Assembly: GCA_030765505.1 (NCBI GenBank)
Contig: JAVCCL010000018.1
Span: forward strand, 1,064-65,063
Direction of reading: 5' to 3'
DNA from: Candidatus Kaelpia imicola
Lineage (GTDB): Bacteria; Omnitrophota; Gorgyraeia; Kaelpiales; Kaelpiaceae
Length of the DNA stretch: 64,000 nt
The position numbers and the translations under genes are program-made. Below are positions 10,449 to 19,727 of this stretch, in pieces (position 1 is the first letter of the stretch; each line of letters begins with the position of its first letter). The notes beneath the pieces were generated by a model, which saw nothing but the letters and a program-made list of their open reading frames with translations, did not search any database and was not told the DNA's origin.

Positions 10449-11243
10449 GTGAAAATCCTTTTAGGGGCGGTTCTTTTTATTATCATTTTCTTAATAGGTA
10501 TCAGATATATTGAAAGACGTGATATATATTTTCCTGTAAGAGAGATTTTTACTTCACCAGAGATAATTGGATTGCCGTATCAAGAGATTTATTTTCAGAC
10601 AGTTGATAATAAACGATTAAATAGCTGGTTCATCCCTAATGATGAGGCAAAATTCACAGTTATTTTTTGCCATGGCAACGCAGGTAATATCAGCCATAGA
10701 ATAGAGAAGATAGGGTTATTACATAAATTAGGCCTCAATATATTTATTTTTGATTATCGGGGTTATGGAAAAAGCCAGGGTTCACCTTGTGAGCCAGGTT
10801 TATATAAAGATGCAGTCGCTGCCTATAGTTACCTGGTTAAGGAACGTAGAATTTCAGAAGATAATATCATTCTTTATGGAGAGTCTCTCGGCGGAGCCAT
10901 TGCTATTAATCTGGCACATAGAGTTAGAGTACGGGCGTTGATTACAGAAGGGACATTTACATCAATCAGAGATATGGCCAAAATAACATATCCATTTCTT
11001 CCTTATTTTATATTTTCAAGCAGCTTTAATTCTATTTCTAAAATAAGGGAAGTTAAGTGTTTGAAATTAATTATTCATAGCATAGATGATGAGATTGTAC
11101 CATTTTATTTAGGAGAGAGATTGTCTGATGCTGCGAAATCGCCAAAGAAATTTCTTAAAATAAGAGGTTTTCACAATACAGCTTTTTTAGACTCGGAGGA
11201 GCAATTTGTCGAAGGCATAAAAGTTTTTTTAGATGATTTGTGA
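10449..11243 (+). CDS. Alpha/beta hydrolase (GxSxG serine hydrolase)
   Basis: HGNAGN oxyanion region and the GESLGG nucleophile elbow. A C-terminal D...H arrangement is consistent with an alpha/beta hydrolase catalytic triad. GTG start. Confidence 0.7.
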   Translation: MKILLGAVLFIIIFLIGIRYIERRDIYFPVREIFTSPEIIGLPYQEIYFQTVDNKRLNSWFIPNDEAKFTVIFCHGNAGNISHRIEKIGLLHKLGLNIFIFDYRGYGKSQGSPCEPGLYKDAVAAYSYLVKERRISEDNIILYGESLGGAIAINLAHRVRVRALITEGTFTSIRDMAKITYPFLPYFIFSSSFNSISKIREVKCLKLIIHSIDDEIVPFYLGERLSDAAKSPKKFLKIRGFHNTAFLDSEEQFVEGIKVFLDDL

Positions 11244-11346
11244 AAGATAATAAATAGAAGAACAAATAACAGTCGATGCCTATTTATAGACCTAGTATTT
11301 GGAGATAATACTATAGCAAATATTTGCGTGGAGAGCTAATTGATTT

Positions 11347-11386
11347 AACCAGTTGTAATTGAGAAGGTTGCAACTGGTTTTTGTTT
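11347..11386 (+). terminator. Rho-independent terminator candidate
   Basis: Perfect 9-bp stem AACCAGTTG/CAACTGGTT with a 15-nt loop, followed by TTTTGTTT. Lies about 100 nt downstream of the hydrolase stop. Confidence 0.5.
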
Positions 11387-11445
11387 GGGATAAAATTAGA
11401 GAGTAAGAGAAAACCCTATAAGATAAGTCAAAAACACCTCTGTTT

Positions 11446-12840
11446 ATGATAGGTAAATTATTTATGATGAAAAAAGTTCAAAGAAAAACAGGGTTCATGC
11501 AAAAAATAGGATTTATTATTTTTGGCGTTATATTGTCTCTATTCTTTCTTGAAATATTATTGTATACAGGAGGATTTTTAATAACATCGATTAAAGAGTA
11601 TAAGAATAAAAAAGCTTTTTTGAAAAAAGCCGATTATTGTGTTCTCTGCTTAGGAGAGTCTACTACGGATAGGCAATGGCCGGTGTTTCTTGGAGAGATT
11701 TTGAATAATCAAAATACTGGCGTAACGTTTAAAATAGTAGATAAAGGAATGACTGCGGTAAACACAAGACTCATTGCAGCTCGTTTAGAAGAATATTTGA
11801 ATATTTATAACCCCGATATAGTAGTTACAATGATGGGAATAAACGATGGAACTGCGATTGTCGAAAATAATAGAGCTGCTTCAAAGCCTCTATTTTTTCT
11901 TAAACAACTTAAAGTATACAAGTTAGTAGATCTGTTATTGAAATATATTAGATATACCTTTAATTTTGATGGGCAGATAAACGAAGAAGAGAGGCTTAAG
12001 GGGAAAATTGCTCAATATCCGCTTAGCTACAACACCTATGCCGAATTAGGTTATTATTATTGGAGAGACGGAAGGTCAGGAGATGCAGAAAGAATGCTGA
12101 AAAAAAGTATCGAACTTGGTCCTAAAAATGATATGGCATATGCTGCGTTAAGCTCTTGCTATCTGCACGAGGGTAGGATGGAAGAAGGGGAAACTGTAGC
12201 TCGAAAAGCAATAGAGATTAATCCTATGAACAAAACAGGCTTTGTGACTTTAGGATGGTGTTTATTAAATCAAGGAAAGCATAAAGAAGCAGAAGAGCTA
12301 TTAAGAGAGTCTGTTGATCTGCCTTCTTGCGGTGCAGAAGCATATTTTGCGTTGGGGATGTGTTATATTAATCAGAAAAAATATGAAGAGGCGTCAAAAT
12401 TGTTTAAACAAGCGATTATTGATTTTCCCAATAATGATAGATTTTACAGCTCTTTAGCCGATTGTTATTATAATTTGGGACAGGAGAGACTCTCAGAAGA
12501 ACATAAAAAACAGTCGTACGTAGTAAGAAGACAGACATATAATCCTGTAACATACTTGAACTATAATAAGTTAAAAATTATTCTTGCCGGGAAAGGTGTG
12601 TATTTTATATGCGTACAATATCCTATGATGAATATAGAATCATTAAAAAAGATGCTTAGGCCTAATGAAGGAATTATTTTTGTTGACAATGAGATGCTTT
12701 TTAAAAATGCAACAGAAGAAGAAGGATATGATGAATATTTTACAGATAGCTTTGCTGGAGATTTTGGTCATTGTACGGTTAAAGGCAATAAGCTGTTGGC
12801 AGAAAATATTGCAAAGGTTATATTAAAGGAATTATTTTAA
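11446..12840 (+). CDS. Membrane-anchored SGNH/GDSL-type hydrolase with an inserted TPR-repeat domain
   Basis: N-terminal TM helix. SGNH block I CLGESTT (Ser nucleophile), block III GINDG and block V DFGHCT (Asp-x-x-His) are present. Roughly 200 aa of TPR-like repeats (YAELGYYYW..., AYAALSSCYL..., GFVTLGWCLL..., AYFALGMCYI..., FYSSLADCYY...) sit between blocks III and V. The exact start is uncertain; ATGs occur at 11446 and 11461. Confidence 0.6.
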   Translation: MIGKLFMMKKVQRKTGFMQKIGFIIFGVILSLFFLEILLYTGGFLITSIKEYKNKKAFLKKADYCVLCLGESTTDRQWPVFLGEILNNQNTGVTFKIVDKGMTAVNTRLIAARLEEYLNIYNPDIVVTMMGINDGTAIVENNRAASKPLFFLKQLKVYKLVDLLLKYIRYTFNFDGQINEEERLKGKIAQYPLSYNTYAELGYYYWRDGRSGDAERMLKKSIELGPKNDMAYAALSSCYLHEGRMEEGETVARKAIEINPMNKTGFVTLGWCLLNQGKHKEAEELLRESVDLPSCGAEAYFALGMCYINQKKYEEASKLFKQAIIDFPNNDRFYSSLADCYYNLGQERLSEEHKKQSYVVRRQTYNPVTYLNYNKLKIILAGKGVYFICVQYPMMNIESLKKMLRPNEGIIFVDNEMLFKNATEEEGYDEYFTDSFAGDFGHCTVKGNKLLAENIAKVILKELF

Positions 12841-13012
12841 AAAAATATAAGTTTTATATAACTCATCAGTTTCTTCAATAGAGAGCCAGTTGCAAAACTT
12901 ATTCAACCTGGGAAGCTATATATCGGTAAGTTTTTTTATTAAACTTCTTCTGCTGATAGCAAATATAAGATATAAACTTGGTTAAATCTTTATAATGTTG
13001 TAATATGTAGAA

Positions 13013-13354
13013 ATGAAAATAATAACAAGAGTATTATCAATAGATGATCTTAAACAGATGGCCGATACCATGTTTGGAAATTTAGTGAAGGCTGTTGTTG
13101 ATGTCGATAAAGAATCTATTGCTGTTGATGCTGAACTTCATTCTGATTTAGAAGCATTGCTCATTAAAGATGGTTCAAAACAGAAGAGTCTTTGGGGGAT
13201 CAATTTTTATCTAGAGATAGAAGGGGATGATTTTATTGAATTTGATTCTATGATTAATATTCGTCCATCTCAGGGCAATGTAATTCGAGGGGTAAAAGAT
13301 GAAATAGTCCGTCAAAAGATAATTGAAATTGTTGGCAGGTGGATTAAAAAATGA
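13013..13354 (+). CDS. Small conserved hypothetical protein (first of an overlapping pair)
   Basis: 113-aa ORF. A possible near-consensus -10 TATAAT lies at 12991-12996, and a TAATAT at 13001-13006 sits immediately before the ATG. The stop overlaps the next ATG (ATGA at 13351-13354). Confidence 0.5.
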   Translation: MKIITRVLSIDDLKQMADTMFGNLVKAVVDVDKESIAVDAELHSDLEALLIKDGSKQKSLWGINFYLEIEGDDFIEFDSMINIRPSQGNVIRGVKDEIVRQKIIEIVGRWIKK

Positions 13355-13683
13355 ATATCCAACATAAAAAACTTGCTTCCGGGGGTTGGAAACAATTGTC
13401 ATTTTTTGAACAGATGGCAAATATCGGAAGTGAGGTAGAACGTGCTCTAAATTGGCAAGTGAAACATAATACCGAATATTGCAGGCAGGCTTTTGAACGA
13501 GCCCTTGAATTAATAGATTTGACTTTAGACAATAGCGCGATTTTTACTCGTCTTAAAGAAGTTGCTCGTTTACGTGAAGCAATTGTGGATTATTTTTATG
13601 GGACGAATCAGTTTATGTCTACTGAAGCATCATGGAGGAAATATTTTTTAGCTTTTACTTATGCTGCACGTAGAGGCCGTTAA
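13351..13683 (+). CDS. Small conserved hypothetical protein (second of the overlapping pair)
   Basis: 110-aa helical-looking ORF, translationally coupled to the preceding gene. No catalytic motif recognised. Confidence 0.5.
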   Translation: MNIQHKKLASGGWKQLSFFEQMANIGSEVERALNWQVKHNTEYCRQAFERALELIDLTLDNSAIFTRLKEVARLREAIVDYFYGTNQFMSTEASWRKYFLAFTYAARRGR

Positions 13684-13900
13684 TATCTCTCTATCCATAA
13701 TTAAGTTAGTAAAGATTTATTCTTAATTAGAGATAGTTCTATACAAAGAGTTATAATTGCAACTTTTAAAATAGTCTCTTTATCAGGAGAGGTTTTTTAT
13801 ATCTATTCAGTGTTAAGATGATTATAATACTGAACTTATAAATATTAGTATTAAAATAAATATTAAAGAAGAGCTGTTACTAAAAGGGAGTATCTTTCAT

Positions 13901-14962
13901 ATGAAAATAGGAATCATCGGCTTACCTCAAGCAGGAAAGAAGACTATATTTAAACTATTAACAGGGTATAAATTTTCTGAGAAAGATTTAACAGTCAATA
14001 AAGTTATAAAAGGTTTTACTCAGATAAGAGATCCCAGATTTGATTTTCTGTCCAATCTGTATAAACCTAAAAAACAAGTAAGGGCAAAGATTGATATTGA
14101 ATTACTATCCAGGGTAGATCCAGACTCTATTAGGCAGGGCGATATATTTGAAAATATTGCTGAGTTTGATGCTGTCTGTCATATAGTTAGAGCATTTAAA
14201 GACGACTCTGTCTATCATATAGATGGTTCGGCGGATCCAAGACGTGATATTGAGAATATCAATTCTGAGTTAGTGCTGCACGATCTTCTCTTTATTGAAA
14301 AAAGAATCGAGCGTATTGATGAAGCTGCAAAGAGAGTTAAAGATGAGAGAGCATTAAAAGAGAGAGAGCTGCTGCTAAAACTTAAAGACCATTTAGAGAG
14401 AGAGCTGCCCTTGCGGTTATTTGATTTAACCGAACAAGAATTAGGTCTAATCTCAAGCTATCCGTTTATTACACTGAAAAAGATGATAGTCGTTCTAAAT
14501 ATCTCTGAAGATAATCTTAGCGATGAGTCTAATATCGAGAAACTGCAGCAAGACTATATTGACATTATGCAGGTATCTGCTAAGGTTGAGTCTGAGATTG
14601 CCGCTCTGGACTCCGAAGCTGAAAGAGAGGAGTTTTTGGGAGCCCTTGGAGTTAAAGAGCTGGCGGTGGACTCTCTCACCAGGTTATGTATAAAGGCATT
14701 AGATTTGATATCATTCTTTACTGTTGGTTCTGATGAGGTCAGGCAGTGGTTATTACGCAAAGGGTATTTAGCGCCTCAAGCAGCAGGTCTGATACATAGC
14801 GACCTAGAGAAAGGTTTTATTCGTGCCGAAGTCATGAAATACGATGATATTTATTCTTTAGGCACCGAAGCAGAGCTTAGGCAAGAAGGCAAGATATATC
14901 TAAAAGGTAAAGATTATATTATCAAAGACGGTGATATAGTAGATATAAGGTTTAATATCTAG
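13901..14962 (+). CDS. ychF: Obg-like ATPase YchF/OLA1 family with a C-terminal TGS domain
   Basis: The C-terminal IHSDLEKGFIRAEVMKYDDI...GKIYLKGKDYIIKDGDIVDIRFNI matches the YchF TGS domain closely. The N-terminal P-loop reads GLPQAGKKT, an atypical Walker A. Confidence 0.75.
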   Translation: MKIGIIGLPQAGKKTIFKLLTGYKFSEKDLTVNKVIKGFTQIRDPRFDFLSNLYKPKKQVRAKIDIELLSRVDPDSIRQGDIFENIAEFDAVCHIVRAFKDDSVYHIDGSADPRRDIENINSELVLHDLLFIEKRIERIDEAAKRVKDERALKERELLLKLKDHLERELPLRLFDLTEQELGLISSYPFITLKKMIVVLNISEDNLSDESNIEKLQQDYIDIMQVSAKVESEIAALDSEAEREEFLGALGVKELAVDSLTRLCIKALDLISFFTVGSDEVRQWLLRKGYLAPQAAGLIHSDLEKGFIRAEVMKYDDIYSLGTEAELRQEGKIYLKGKDYIIKDGDIVDIRFNI

Positions 14963-15007
14963 AGATTACAGGTTCTTCCAGTATATGTTCCTACCCGTTG
15001 TAGAAGA

Positions 15008-15958
15008 CTATTTTTTAGGTTCTGATTTTTTGAGTAGTTGATAATATTCGCTTTCCGTTGTTAAGAGCATTATGGTATTTTCGTCTATAGTATTCTTATA
15101 TGTGTCTAATGTCTTAATGAAGGCGTAGAACTCCGGATCTTCTTCGTAAGCCTGGGCATAGATCTTTGTTGATTCAGCATCAGCCTGACCTTTGATCTTC
15201 TGTGCTTCGCGGTAGGCTTCAGATCCTATCTTCTTAAGTTCTTTTTCCATCAATCCTTCAACCTTTGCGCGTTGGCCTCGTCCTTCAGAGCGGTACTGTT
15301 CGGCGGCACGCTTTCTCTCTGCGATCATCCTGTCATAGACTTTTTTTCTGACTTCGGTTACATAGTTTACGCGTTTGATGCGCAGGTCTATAAGTTCAAT
15401 GCCATACTGAACGACTGTAGGTTTTGCCTTTTGGAATATTATATTTTCTAGGTTTCTACGGCCAAGCTCTATTCTTTCAATAACCTCTTTGCTCTTTGTC
15501 ACATCTTCATCTTTGATGAGGTTATCTATGATGGTATTGGAGTTACGGACCGTCTCTACCAGAAGATGGCCTGTTACAGCATCTCTAGTGGCGGAGTTAA
15601 TAATATCATCAAGTCTTGCATGGGCAAGGCTCTCACTGCCTACCGACTCTAAGAATTTTAAAGGATTATTTATTCTCCAGCGGGCTGTTGTATCTACCCA
15701 GATATATCTTTTATCTTTAGTTGGAATCTGGTTGGCGTCACCATCCCATTCCAGGATTCTCTTTTCGAAGTAGCGTGCCTGTTGAATAAAAGGTTTTTTA
15801 AAATATAGCCCTGCATCTACTATTTCGGCTATAGGTCTGCCAAACTGGGTAATTACAACCTGTTTAGTCTCATCAACAGTATAAACAACTCCGGAGATGA
15901 ACATTATTATTACTAAGACAACAATCGAGATAAGCACCTTTGTCATTATCTTTACCAT
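15008..15958 (-). CDS. hflC: HflC (SPFH/band-7 membrane protease modulator)
   Basis: N-terminal TM helix and an SPFH domain. Immediately downstream of hflK on the same strand with a 1-nt overlap. Confidence 0.82.
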   Translation of the reverse strand: MVKIMTKVLISIVVLVIIMFISGVVYTVDETKQVVITQFGRPIAEIVDAGLYFKKPFIQQARYFEKRILEWDGDANQIPTKDKRYIWVDTTARWRINNPLKFLESVGSESLAHARLDDIINSATRDAVTGHLLVETVRNSNTIIDNLIKDEDVTKSKEVIERIELGRRNLENIIFQKAKPTVVQYGIELIDLRIKRVNYVTEVRKKVYDRMIAERKRAAEQYRSEGRGQRAKVEGLMEKELKKIGSEAYREAQKIKGQADAESTKIYAQAYEEDPEFYAFIKTLDTYKNTIDENTIMLLTTESEYYQLLKKSEPKK

Positions 15959-16953
15959 TACTGGCCTCCTTCCTTTCTTATATTAAACAATGGCAGCAGC
16001 GATGACTGCTCGGAATCAATTATATATTTCTCTTTTACTTTAGGCAGAATATCCGTCATTGCCTCTAGGTACAGCCTCTTTTTAGTAACCAGCGGAGCTT
16101 TTTTGTATTCTTTAAGCAGCGCGGTGAATCGTTCAGCATCACCTTGAGCGCGGTTCACTTTATCTAAAAGATAACCCTCGGATTTGCTGATTGTTTTTTC
16201 TGCTTCACCCTTTGCCCGGGGCACAGCCTTATTATATGCTTCCCAGGCTTGGTTTATAAGACGCTCTTTCTCCTGTTTTGCTTCATTGACTTCATTAAAA
16301 GCCGCTTTTACTTCTTGAGGAGGGTTGACATCCAGCAGTTTTACGGTCACAATCTGTATACCGCTGTTATAATTATCCAATAGCTCCTGCATCTGAAGTT
16401 GCGCCAGGTGGTTTATCTCCTCTCTCTTTATAGTCAGTATCTCATCTACTCTATAGTCTCCGACTAAACGCCTGATAATAATCTCAGAGATATCCTGAAC
16501 ATTTTTTCTTGGGTCTCTGGTTGCGAAAAGAAATTTTACCGGGTCTTTTATCTGGTATTGAACAACCCAGCGTACATCCAGAATATTTAGGTCACCCGTA
16601 AGCATAATAGATTCATCGTTATAATTTCTCTGAGAGTATCTTGTCTTTACGCCTGACTGCATCGTTCTAAATCCAAACTCTTCTTTGTATACTCTCTTTA
16701 CTTTTACTTTCTGGACCCGCTCTATTATAGGAGGAAGTTTGAAATGCAGACCCGGGGAAGTAGTTGTGATATATTTACCAAAACGCTGCACGACTCCCAC
16801 CTCTTCCGGGTTAATAGAGTAGATCATACCTTTAAGCATAATCAGCAAAAATATTCCGGCAGCTATGGGCAGTATCGGCAGAATCGACCTTTTGATATTC
16901 TTGAAATCCTGCTTGGCTTTACCAAAAAGCTCTTCTGGAGTCGTAAAATCCAT
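15958..16953 (-). CDS. hflK: HflK (SPFH/band-7 membrane protease modulator)
   Basis: TM helix, then INPEEVGVVQRFGKY and an SPFH domain with a C-terminal coiled coil, characteristic of HflK. Confidence 0.82.
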   Translation of the reverse strand: MDFTTPEELFGKAKQDFKNIKRSILPILPIAAGIFLLIMLKGMIYSINPEEVGVVQRFGKYITTTSPGLHFKLPPIIERVQKVKVKRVYKEEFGFRTMQSGVKTRYSQRNYNDESIMLTGDLNILDVRWVVQYQIKDPVKFLFATRDPRKNVQDISEIIIRRLVGDYRVDEILTIKREEINHLAQLQMQELLDNYNSGIQIVTVKLLDVNPPQEVKAAFNEVNEAKQEKERLINQAWEAYNKAVPRAKGEAEKTISKSEGYLLDKVNRAQGDAERFTALLKEYKKAPLVTKKRLYLEAMTDILPKVKEKYIIDSEQSSLLPLFNIRKEGGQ

Positions 16954-17169
16954 ATTGACACTCCTTTTAATAAGTTAATCCTAATAAAGTATAACCATTT
17001 TCAAGATACGATACCACCGGGAGATACCATTAGCAAGGCGATTCTTTAGGCGGTCTAAATTGAACTATTATATAAAACCCACACTCTATCTATTTTATGT
17101 GGTAGAATAAGTCAGTCTTAATAGGGGTTTTCGTAATTTTCAATCACAATAAAGAGGGAAGGTGGAGAT

Positions 17170-18750
17170 ATGGAAGAGTTTAAAAAATTAGGGTTATCAG
17201 AGCAGACGATTGAAGTTTTAAAAAGAAAAGGTTTTGAAAAACCTACGCTTATTCAAGAGAAGGTCATTCCTGTTATATTCAACAGCAATAACGATGTAGT
17301 TGGGCAGGCTCAGACTGGCACCGGTAAGACCGCTGCTTTTGGTCTGCCTATTATTGAACTGCTTAAAGAGAGGGCGGGTTTTGTTAGTGTTTTGGTCCTT
17401 ACTCCTACAAGAGAGCTGGCTATTCAGGTTGCTGAAGAATTAAACTCGTTAAAAGGGAAGAGAGATTTAAGCATTGTGCCTATCTATGGAGGTCAATCCA
17501 TAGATTTGCAGCTCAAGCGTCTTAAGAAAGGTGTAGATATAGTTGTCGGTACTCCCGGCAGGGTTATCGACCATATAAAACGCAAGACCTTAAAGATTGA
17601 TAGGGTCTCGTATTTTATCTTAGATGAAGCAGATGAGATGTTGAATATGGGATTTATTGATGATGTTAAAGAGATAATGGATAAGACTAGCTCCAGTAAG
17701 CGGGTTCTGCTTTTTTCAGCGACGATGCCGAATGAGATAATGCAGATTGCCAAAAAATATATGGCAGGATACGAAGTCTTGAAGACAGTAGAGGGCCGGC
17801 TTACAGTTAGTCAGACCGATCAGATCTATTTTGAGGTATCAGCCGGAGATAAGTTTGAGGCGCTATGCAGAATTATAGATGTCGAAGAAGAGTTTTATGC
17901 CCTTGTATTTTGCAGGACAAAGGTCAATGTAGATATGGTTGCCAACAAGTTGATGGAGCGCGGATATGATGCAGATGCTCTGCATGGAGATATGTCTCAA
18001 TCATTGCGGGAGAAGATCCTTAATAAGTTCAAAAGACGCCTGGTAACTATCTTAGTGGCGACTGATGTTGCAGCAAGAGGTATAGATGTGCAGGATTTAA
18101 CCCATGTTATAAACTACTCTATTCCCCAGGACCCCGAATCATATATTCATAGGATTGGCCGTACAGGCAGAGCGGGCAAAGATGGTAATGCTATAACTTT
18201 TATTACTTCTGAAGAGTATAGGAAGCTGAAATTTATCAAAATGAAAGCTCAGACCGATATCCGCAGACAGAGACTACCAAAGGTAAAAGATGTTATAGAG
18301 AGAAAGAAGAACAGGATTAAAACTCAATTAGAGAGTGTTGTAATGTCGGGTATTAAAGATGAATATCTTAATATCTCTAGAGATTTACTTGAAAATAATA
18401 ACCCTGAAGATCTTCTTGCAGCTCTCCTTGAGGTCTCTTTTAAAGATGAGTTGGATGAGAAGAGATATGTTGAAATAGGAGATGTTGCTTTTGTTGATAA
18501 GAAAGGTAAGACGCGCCTCTTTGTAGGTAAAGGCAGACAGGATGGATTTAATGCCAAAAAACTGGCAAAGATAATAAGAGAGAGATGTAATATTTCAGAT
18601 AACAGGATACAGGATATACAGATATTAGACGGATTCTCTTTTATTACCCTGCCTTTCAATGAAGCTGAAAAAGTTTTAGCCTATTTTAAGAGAGGTAAGA
18701 ATAGATCAGAGATATTTATTGAGAAAGCAAAAAAGAGAAAGAAGGAATGA
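17170..18750 (+). CDS. DEAD-box ATP-dependent RNA helicase with a C-terminal RNA-binding extension
   Basis: Q-motif region, AQTGTGKT (motif I), DEAD (ILDEADEML), SAT and HRIGRTGRAG (motif VI). C-terminal DbpA/CsdA-like domain. Confidence 0.9.
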   Translation: MEEFKKLGLSEQTIEVLKRKGFEKPTLIQEKVIPVIFNSNNDVVGQAQTGTGKTAAFGLPIIELLKERAGFVSVLVLTPTRELAIQVAEELNSLKGKRDLSIVPIYGGQSIDLQLKRLKKGVDIVVGTPGRVIDHIKRKTLKIDRVSYFILDEADEMLNMGFIDDVKEIMDKTSSSKRVLLFSATMPNEIMQIAKKYMAGYEVLKTVEGRLTVSQTDQIYFEVSAGDKFEALCRIIDVEEEFYALVFCRTKVNVDMVANKLMERGYDADALHGDMSQSLREKILNKFKRRLVTILVATDVAARGIDVQDLTHVINYSIPQDPESYIHRIGRTGRAGKDGNAITFITSEEYRKLKFIKMKAQTDIRRQRLPKVKDVIERKKNRIKTQLESVVMSGIKDEYLNISRDLLENNNPEDLLAALLEVSFKDELDEKRYVEIGDVAFVDKKGKTRLFVGKGRQDGFNAKKLAKIIRERCNISDNRIQDIQILDGFSFITLPFNEAEKVLAYFKRGKNRSEIFIEKAKKRKKE

Positions 18751-19300
18751 AAGCGCTGGCTTTAATAGCAGGACCCCGTAAGGGCCAGGTCACCGATCAT
18801 ATCGCTGATGCAGTACTTAAAGGTATCAGTGAACAACAGATTGAGACCGAGAAGATATAAATATAAAACCGTGTTTGGGCTGCGGTAATTGCCGTAAGAG
18901 TAAAGAGTGTATTATAAAAGATGACCATCAGACGGTTTTAGATAAGATGGATAAATCAGATATAGTAATCTTTGCTTCTCCTACTTACGTTAGCAATGTA
19001 ACTTCTGTTGCCAAAGCATTCATGGATAGAAGCATCAGGTTCTTTGAGATGACCAAACTTGGGCCTAGACGTCTCTCTGATAGACCAAGTAAGGCAATCT
19101 TAATTACAAGCTGCGGAGCTCCGTTTCCTTTTTCTCATATTCTTGGTTTTGCCAGCGGCTGCATGCGGGCCATGAAATTATTTTTTAAGTTTATGAATCT
19201 AAAGATCAAAACAGTTGCTGCTGCCGGAATGGAAGATTTTGATTCTAAATCTTGTAGTAAAATATTAAAGAAAGCCTATAGGTTAGGCAGAAGTATTTAG
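18747..19300 (+). pseudogene. NADPH-dependent FMN reductase/iron-sulfur flavoprotein-like gene split by a frameshift near 18855-18858
   Basis: Frame A gives MKALALIAGPRKGQVTDHIADAVLKGISEQQIETEKI* (18747-18860). Frame B continues ...DINIKPCLGCGNCRKSKECIIKDDHQTVLDKMDKSDIVIFASPTYVSNVTSVAKAFMDR... to 19300. Together they form a typical flavodoxin-like FMN reductase with the CxGCxxC motif. The break lies in an AT run, AGATATAAATATAAAACC. Confidence 0.6.
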
Positions 19301-19324
19301 TGTAATAAAAAAAAGGAGATAAGT

Positions 19325-19717
19325 ATGAATATTTCAGTATTCATTGCAAAGCTTCTTGGACCCTGTTTTAGTATTATAGCATTAGGTATTATCTTCAATC
19401 CAAAATTTTACCAAAAGATGATGGAGGATTTTACCAAAAGCTCTGCCTCTATATATTTTGGAGGTTTGTTTGCACTTCTCTTCGGTCTTCTCGTTGTACT
19501 ATTTCACAACCTATGGGTTAGAAATTGGACAGTAATAATAACAATCTTTGGTTGGAGCGGCTTGGTTAAAGGTATCTGGTTAATTTTGTTCCCCGGATCG
19601 GTATCTAAATTTATGCAGATTTATAAAAACAATAGTATTTTATTAAAAATTCATTCTGTTTTAATCCTTGCTCTCGGTATAACTCTAACTATATTTGGAT
19701 ATCTCTTAGCTGTTTAA
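19325..19717 (+). CDS. Hypothetical 4-TM membrane protein
   Basis: 130-aa ORF with AGGAG upstream and four hydrophobic helices. Confidence 0.5.
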   Translation: MNISVFIAKLLGPCFSIIALGIIFNPKFYQKMMEDFTKSSASIYFGGLFALLFGLLVVLFHNLWVRNWTVIITIFGWSGLVKGIWLILFPGSVSKFMQIYKNNSILLKIHSVLILALGITLTIFGYLLAV

Positions 19718-19727
19718 ATATTTTTTT

